A stretch of DNA of 64,000 nt, taken from positions 369,396,001-369,460,000 of the forward strand of contig OZ024742.1 in the NCBI GenBank assembly GCA_964016885.1, read 5' to 3'. Shown here in pieces: positions 58,801-64,000 of this stretch (position 1 is its first letter; every line of letters begins with the position of its first letter). Below the pieces are notes generated by a model. That model made no database searches, was not told the origin of the DNA, and was given only the letters and a program-made list of their open reading frames with translations. Made by a program: the position numbers and the translations under genes. The stretch comes from Eledone cirrhosa. Taxonomy: Eukaryota.

Positions 58801-61800
58801 CTACAGATCTCTTGTTCAAATCTTGTATGATCACCATATTATATCTGTTGGCCAGTGATGTCTGGTTTATATACAGTGTTATGAACAACTCTACAGATCT
58901 CTTGTTCAAATGTTGTATGATCACCATATTATATCTGTTGGCCAGTGATGTCTGGTCTATATACAGTGTTATGAGCAACTGTACAGATGTCATGTTCAAA
59001 TGTTGTATGATCACCATATTATATCTGTTGGCCAGTGATGTCTGGTCTATATACAGTGTTATGAGCAACTGTACAGATGTCATGTTCAAATGTTGTATGA
59101 TCACCATATTATATCTGTTGGCCAGTGATGTCTGGTCTATATACAGTGTTATGAGCAACTCTAAAGATGTCATGTTCAAATGTTGTATGATCACCATATT
59201 ATATCTGTTGGCCAGTGATGTCTGGTCTATATACAGTGTTATGAGCAACTCTACAGATGTCATGTTCAAATGTTGTATGATCACCATATTATATCTGTTA
59301 GCCAGTGATATCTGGTCTATATACAGTGTTATGAGCAACTGTACAGATGTCATGTTCAAATGTGTATGATCGCAATATTATATCTGTTGGCCATTGATGT
59401 CTGGTCTATATAGAGTGTTATGAGCAACTCTACAGATCTCATGTTCAAATGTTGTATGATCACCATATTATATCTGTTGGCCAGTGATATCTGGTCTATA
59501 TACAGTGTTATGAGCAACTCTACAGATCTCTTGTTCAAATGTTGTATGATCACCATATTATATCTGTTGGCCAGTGATGTCTGGTCTATATACAGTGTTA
59601 TGAACAACTGTACAGATCTCATGTTCAAATGTTGTATGATCACCATATTATATCTGTTGGCCAGTGATGTCTGGTCTATATACAGTGTTATGAGCAACTG
59701 TACAGATCTCATGTTCAAATGTTGTATGATCACCATATTATATCTGTTGGCCAGTGATGTCTGGTCTATATACAGTGTTATGAGCAACTGTACAGATGTC
59801 ATGTTCAAATGTTGTATGATCACCATATCATATCTGTTGGCCAGTGATGTCTGGTCTATATACAGTGATATGAGCAACTCTACAGATGTCATGTTCAAAT
59901 GTTGTATGATCACCATATTATATCTGTTGGCCAGTGATGTCTGGTCTATATACAGTGTTATGAGCAACTGTACAGATGTCATGTTCAGATGTTGTATGAT
60001 CACCATATTATATCTGTTGGCCAGTGATGTCGGGTCTATATACAGTGTTATGAGCAACTCTAAAGATGTCATGTTCAAATGTTGTATGATCACCATATTA
60101 TATCTGTTGGCCAGTGATGTCTGGTCTATATACAGTGTTATGAGCAACTCTACAGATCTCTTGTTCAAATGTTGTATGATCACCATATTATATCTGTTGG
60201 CCAGTGATGTCTGGTCTATATACAGTAATATGAGCAACTCTACAGATGTCATGTTCAAATGTTGTATGATCACCATATTATATCTGTTGGCCAGTGATGT
60301 CTGGTCTATATACAGTGATATGAGCAACTGTACAGATGTCTTGTTCAAATGTTGTATGATCACCATATTATATCTGTTGGCCAGTGATGTCTGGTCTATA
60401 TACAGTGTTATGAGCAACTGTACAGATGTCATGTTCAAATGTTGTATGATCGCAATATTATATCTGTTGGCCAGTGATGTCTGGTCTATATACAGTGTTA
60501 TGAGCAACTGTACAGATGTCATGTTCAAATGTTGTATGATCACCATATTATATCTGTTGGCCAGTGATGTCTGGTCTATATACAGTAATATGAGCAACTC
60601 TACAGATGTCATGTTCAAATGTTGTATGATCACCATATTATATCTGTTGGTCAGTGATGTCTGGTCTATATACAGTGATATGAGCAACTGTACAGATGTC
60701 TTGTTCAAATGTTGTATGATCACCATATTATATCTGTTGGCCAGTGATGTCTGGTCTATATACAGTGTTATGAGCAACTGTACAGATGTCATGTTCAAAT
60801 GTTGTATGATCGCAATATTATATCTGTTGGCCAGTGATGTCTGGTCTATATACAGTGTTATGAGCAACTGTACTAATGTATTGTTCAAATGTTGTATGAT
60901 CACCATATTATATCTGTTGGCCAGTGATGTCTGGTCTATATACAGTGTTATGAGTAACTCTAAAGATGTCATGTTCAAATGTTGTATGATCACCATATTA
61001 TATCTGTTGGCCAGTGATGTCTGGTCTATATACAGTGTTATGAGCAACTATACAGATGTCATGTTCAAATGTTGTATGATCACCATATTATATCTGTTGA
61101 CCAGTGATGTCTGGTCTATATACAGTGTTATGAGCAACTGTACAGATGTCATGTTCAAATGTTGTATGATCACCATATTATATCTGTTGGCCAGTGATAT
61201 CTGGTCTATATACAGTGATATGAGCAACTCTACAGATCTCATGTTCAAATGTTGTATGATCACCATATTATATCTGTTGGCCAGTGATGTCTGGTCTATA
61301 TACAGTGTTATGAGCAACTCTACAGATGTCATGTTCAAATGTTGTATGATCGCAATATTATATCTGTTGGCCAGTGATGTCTGGTCTATATACAGTGTTA
61401 TGAGCAACTCTAAAGACCTCATGTTCAAATGTTATATGATCACCATATTATATCTGTTGGCCAGTGATGTCTGGTCTATATACAGTGTTATGAGCAACTG
61501 TACAGATGTCATGTTCAAATGTTGTATGATCACCATATTATATCTGTTGGCCAGTATGTCTGGTCTATATACAGTGTTATGAGCAACTCTACAGATCTCA
61601 TGTTCAAATGTTGTATGAAAACCATATTATATCTGTTGGCCAGTGATGTCTGGTCTATATACAGTGTTATGAGCAACTGTACAAATGTCATGTTCAAATG
61701 TTGTATGATCACCATATTATATCTCTTGGCCAGTGATGTTTGGTCTATATACAGTGTTATTAGCAAGTGTACAGATGTCATGTTCAAATGTTGTATGATC

Positions 61801-62010
61801 ACCATATTATATCTGTTGGCCAGAGATGTCTGGTCTATATACAGTGTTATGAGCAACTCTACAGATCGCATGTTCAAATGTTGTATGATCACCATATTAT
61901 ATCTGTTGGCCAGTGATGTCTGGTCTATATACAGTGTTATGAGCAACTCTACAGATCTCTTGTTCAAATCTTGTATGATCACCATATTATATCTGTTGGC
62001 CAGTGATGTC
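55880..62010. repeat. Nearly two tandem copies of the 35-mer (3148-bp) higher-order unit
   Basis: ORFs 56272..58434 and 59420..61582 (720 aa each) are identical. T-deletions at about 56215/59363 and G-deletion monomers at 58396/61544 are 3148 apart. Confidence 0.92.
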
Positions 62011-64000
62011 TGGTCTATATACAGTGTTATGAGCAACTGTACATATGTCATGTTCAAATGTTGTATGATCACCATATTATGTCTGTTGGCCAGTGATGTC
62101 TGGTCTATATACAGTGTTATGAGCAACTCTACAGATGTCATGTTCAAATGTTGTATGATCACCATAATATATATTTTGGCCAGTGATGTCTGGTCTATAT
62201 ACAGTGTTATGAGCAACTCTACAGATCGCATGTTCAAATGTTGTATGATCACCATATTATATCTGTTGGCCAGTGATGTCTGGTCTATATACAGTGTTAT
62301 GAGCAACTCTACAGATGTCATGTTCAAATGTTGTATGATCACCATAATATATATATTGGCCAGTGATGTCTGGTCTATATACAGTGTTATGAGCAACTCT
62401 ACAGATCGCATGTTCAAATGTTGTATGATCACCATATTATATCTGTTGGCCAGTGATGTCTGGTCTATATACAGTGTTATGAGCAACTGTACAGATGTCA
62501 TGTTCAAATGTTGTATGATCACCATATTATATCTGTTGGCCAGTGATGTCTGGTCTATATACAGTGTTATGAGCAACTGTACAGATGTCATGTTCAAATG
62601 TTGTATGATCACCATATTATATCTGTTGGCCAGTGATGTCTGGTCTATATACAGTGTTATGAGCAACTGTACAGATGTCAGGTTCAAATGTTGTATGATC
62701 ACCATATTATATCTGTTGGCCAGTGATGCCTGGTCTATATACAGTGTTATGAGCAACTCTAAAGATGTCATGTTCAAATGTTGTATGATCACCATATTAT
62801 ATCTGTTGGCCAGTGATGTCTGGTCTATATACAGTGTTATGAGCAACTCTACAGATGTCATGTTCAAATGTTGTATGATCACCATATTATATCTGTTAGC
62901 CAGTGATATCTGGTCTATATACAGTGTTATGAGCAACTGTACAGATGTCATGTTCAAATGTTGTATGATCACCATATTATATCTGTTGGCCAGTGATATC
63001 TGGTCTATATACAGTGTTATGAGCAACTCTACAGATCTCTTGTTCAAATGTTGTATGATCACCATATTATATCTGTTGGCCAGTGATATCTGGTCTATAT
63101 ACAGTGTTATGAGCAACTCTACAGATCTCTTGTTCAAATGTTGTATGATCACCATATTATATCTGTTGGCCAGTGATGTCTGGTCTATATACAGTGTTAT
63201 GAGCAACTCTACAGATGTCATGTTCAAATGTTGTATGATCACCATATTATATCTGTTGGCCAGTGATGTCTGGTCTATATACAGTGTTATGAGCAACTGT
63301 ACAGATCTCATGTTCAAATGTTGTATGATCACCATATTATATCTGTTGGCCAGTGATGTCTGGTCTATATACAGTGTTATGAGCAACTGTACAGATCTCA
63401 TGTTCAAATGTTGTATGATCACCATATTATATCTGTTGGCCAGTGATGTCTGGTCTATATACAGTGTTATGAGCAACTGTACAGATGTCATGTTCAAATG
63501 TTGTATGGTCACCATATTATATCTGTTGGCCAGTGATGTCTGGTCTATATAAAGTGTTATGAGCAACTGTACAGATGTCATGTTCAAATGTTGTATGATC
63601 ACCATATCATATCTGTTGGCCAGTGATGTCTGGTCTATATACAGTGATATGAGCAACTGTACAGATGTCATGTTTAAATGTTGTATGATCACCATATTAT
63701 GTCTGTTGGCCAGTGATGTCTGGTCTATATACAGTGTTATGAGCAACTGTACAGATGTCATGTTCAAATGTTGTATGATCGCAATATTATATCTGTTGGC
63801 CAGTGATGTCTGGTCTATATACAGTGATATGAGCAACTCTACAGATGTCATGTTCAAATGTTGTATGATCACCATATTATATCTGTTGGCCAGTGATGTC
63901 TGGTCTATATACAGTGTTATGAGCAACTGTACAGATGTCATGTTCAGATGTTGTATGATCACCATATTATATCTGTTGGCCAGTGATGTCTGGTCTATAT
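59819..64000. repeat. Dispersed copy of block about 27876-32057 (offset 31943 bp, 355 monomers)
   Basis: ORFs 29576..31609 and 61519..63552 are both 677 aa and nearly identical. ATATCATAT marker at 27886/59829 and TTCAGATG marker at 32004/63947 share the offset. Confidence 0.87.

Larger units (their letters stand above)
1..64000. repeat. Tandem satellite array, 90-bp monomer, 711 full copies plus a partial one, single orientation, running off both window edges
   Basis: CTGTTGGCCAGTGATG recurs at 1, 91, 181 and onward to 63973. The 90-bp phase shifts only at 18 one-base deletions (63972+18=711x90). Every ORF in the track is a 30-aa repeat. No non-repeat sequence seen. Confidence 0.99.

Noticed and set aside
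1981-61633. One-base deletions as sequencing errors or programmed frameshifts
   Set aside because: They recur at the same two monomer positions with perfectly linked substitutions, which fits inherited alleles. There is no slippery site and no credible coding context.
4-63965. Long ORFs on both strands as protein-coding genes (Cys-rich hydrophobic repeat, or ankyrin/LRR-like 30-aa repeat)
   Set aside because: They follow from a 90-bp stop-free monomer. There are no unique terminal domains and no recognisable family motif. Common variants are non-synonymous, and stops and frameshifts recur in duplicated blocks.
1-64000. CRISPR array or variable-cassette system
   Set aside because: The entire unit is repeated, with no unique spacers, leader, cas genes, recombinase or reverse transcriptase. 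Variation is limited to point changes inherited in blocks.

Overview
The whole 64-kb window is one uninterrupted, head-to-tail tandem array of a 90-bp AT-rich monomer (satellite DNA). Consensus: CTGTTGGCCAGTGATGTCTGGTCTATATACAGTGTTATGAGCAACT[C/G]TACAGAT[G/C]TCATGTTCAAATGTTGTATGATCACCATATTATAT (33/90 GC, about 37%; no CpG). Phase counting gives 711 complete monomers plus 28 bp: the last monomer starts at 63973, and 63972 + 18 = 711 x 90. This matches the 18 single-base deletions I can locate, which belong to only two types. Monomers usually differ from consensus by 0-3 substitutions. Shared rare variants show nested, irregular higher-order duplications, from 2-mer to 55-mer tandem units and dispersed copies up to about 32 kb apart, plus recombinant monomers. 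The very long ORFs on both strands are artefacts of a stop-free monomer whose length is divisible by 3. I find no genes, RNA genes, transposons, CRISPR spacers, inversions or unique sequence, and I do not recognise the satellite family or the organism. The sequence does not support a new gene system; the interest lies in the array architecture and its possible centromeric or heterochromatic role, which is inference only.
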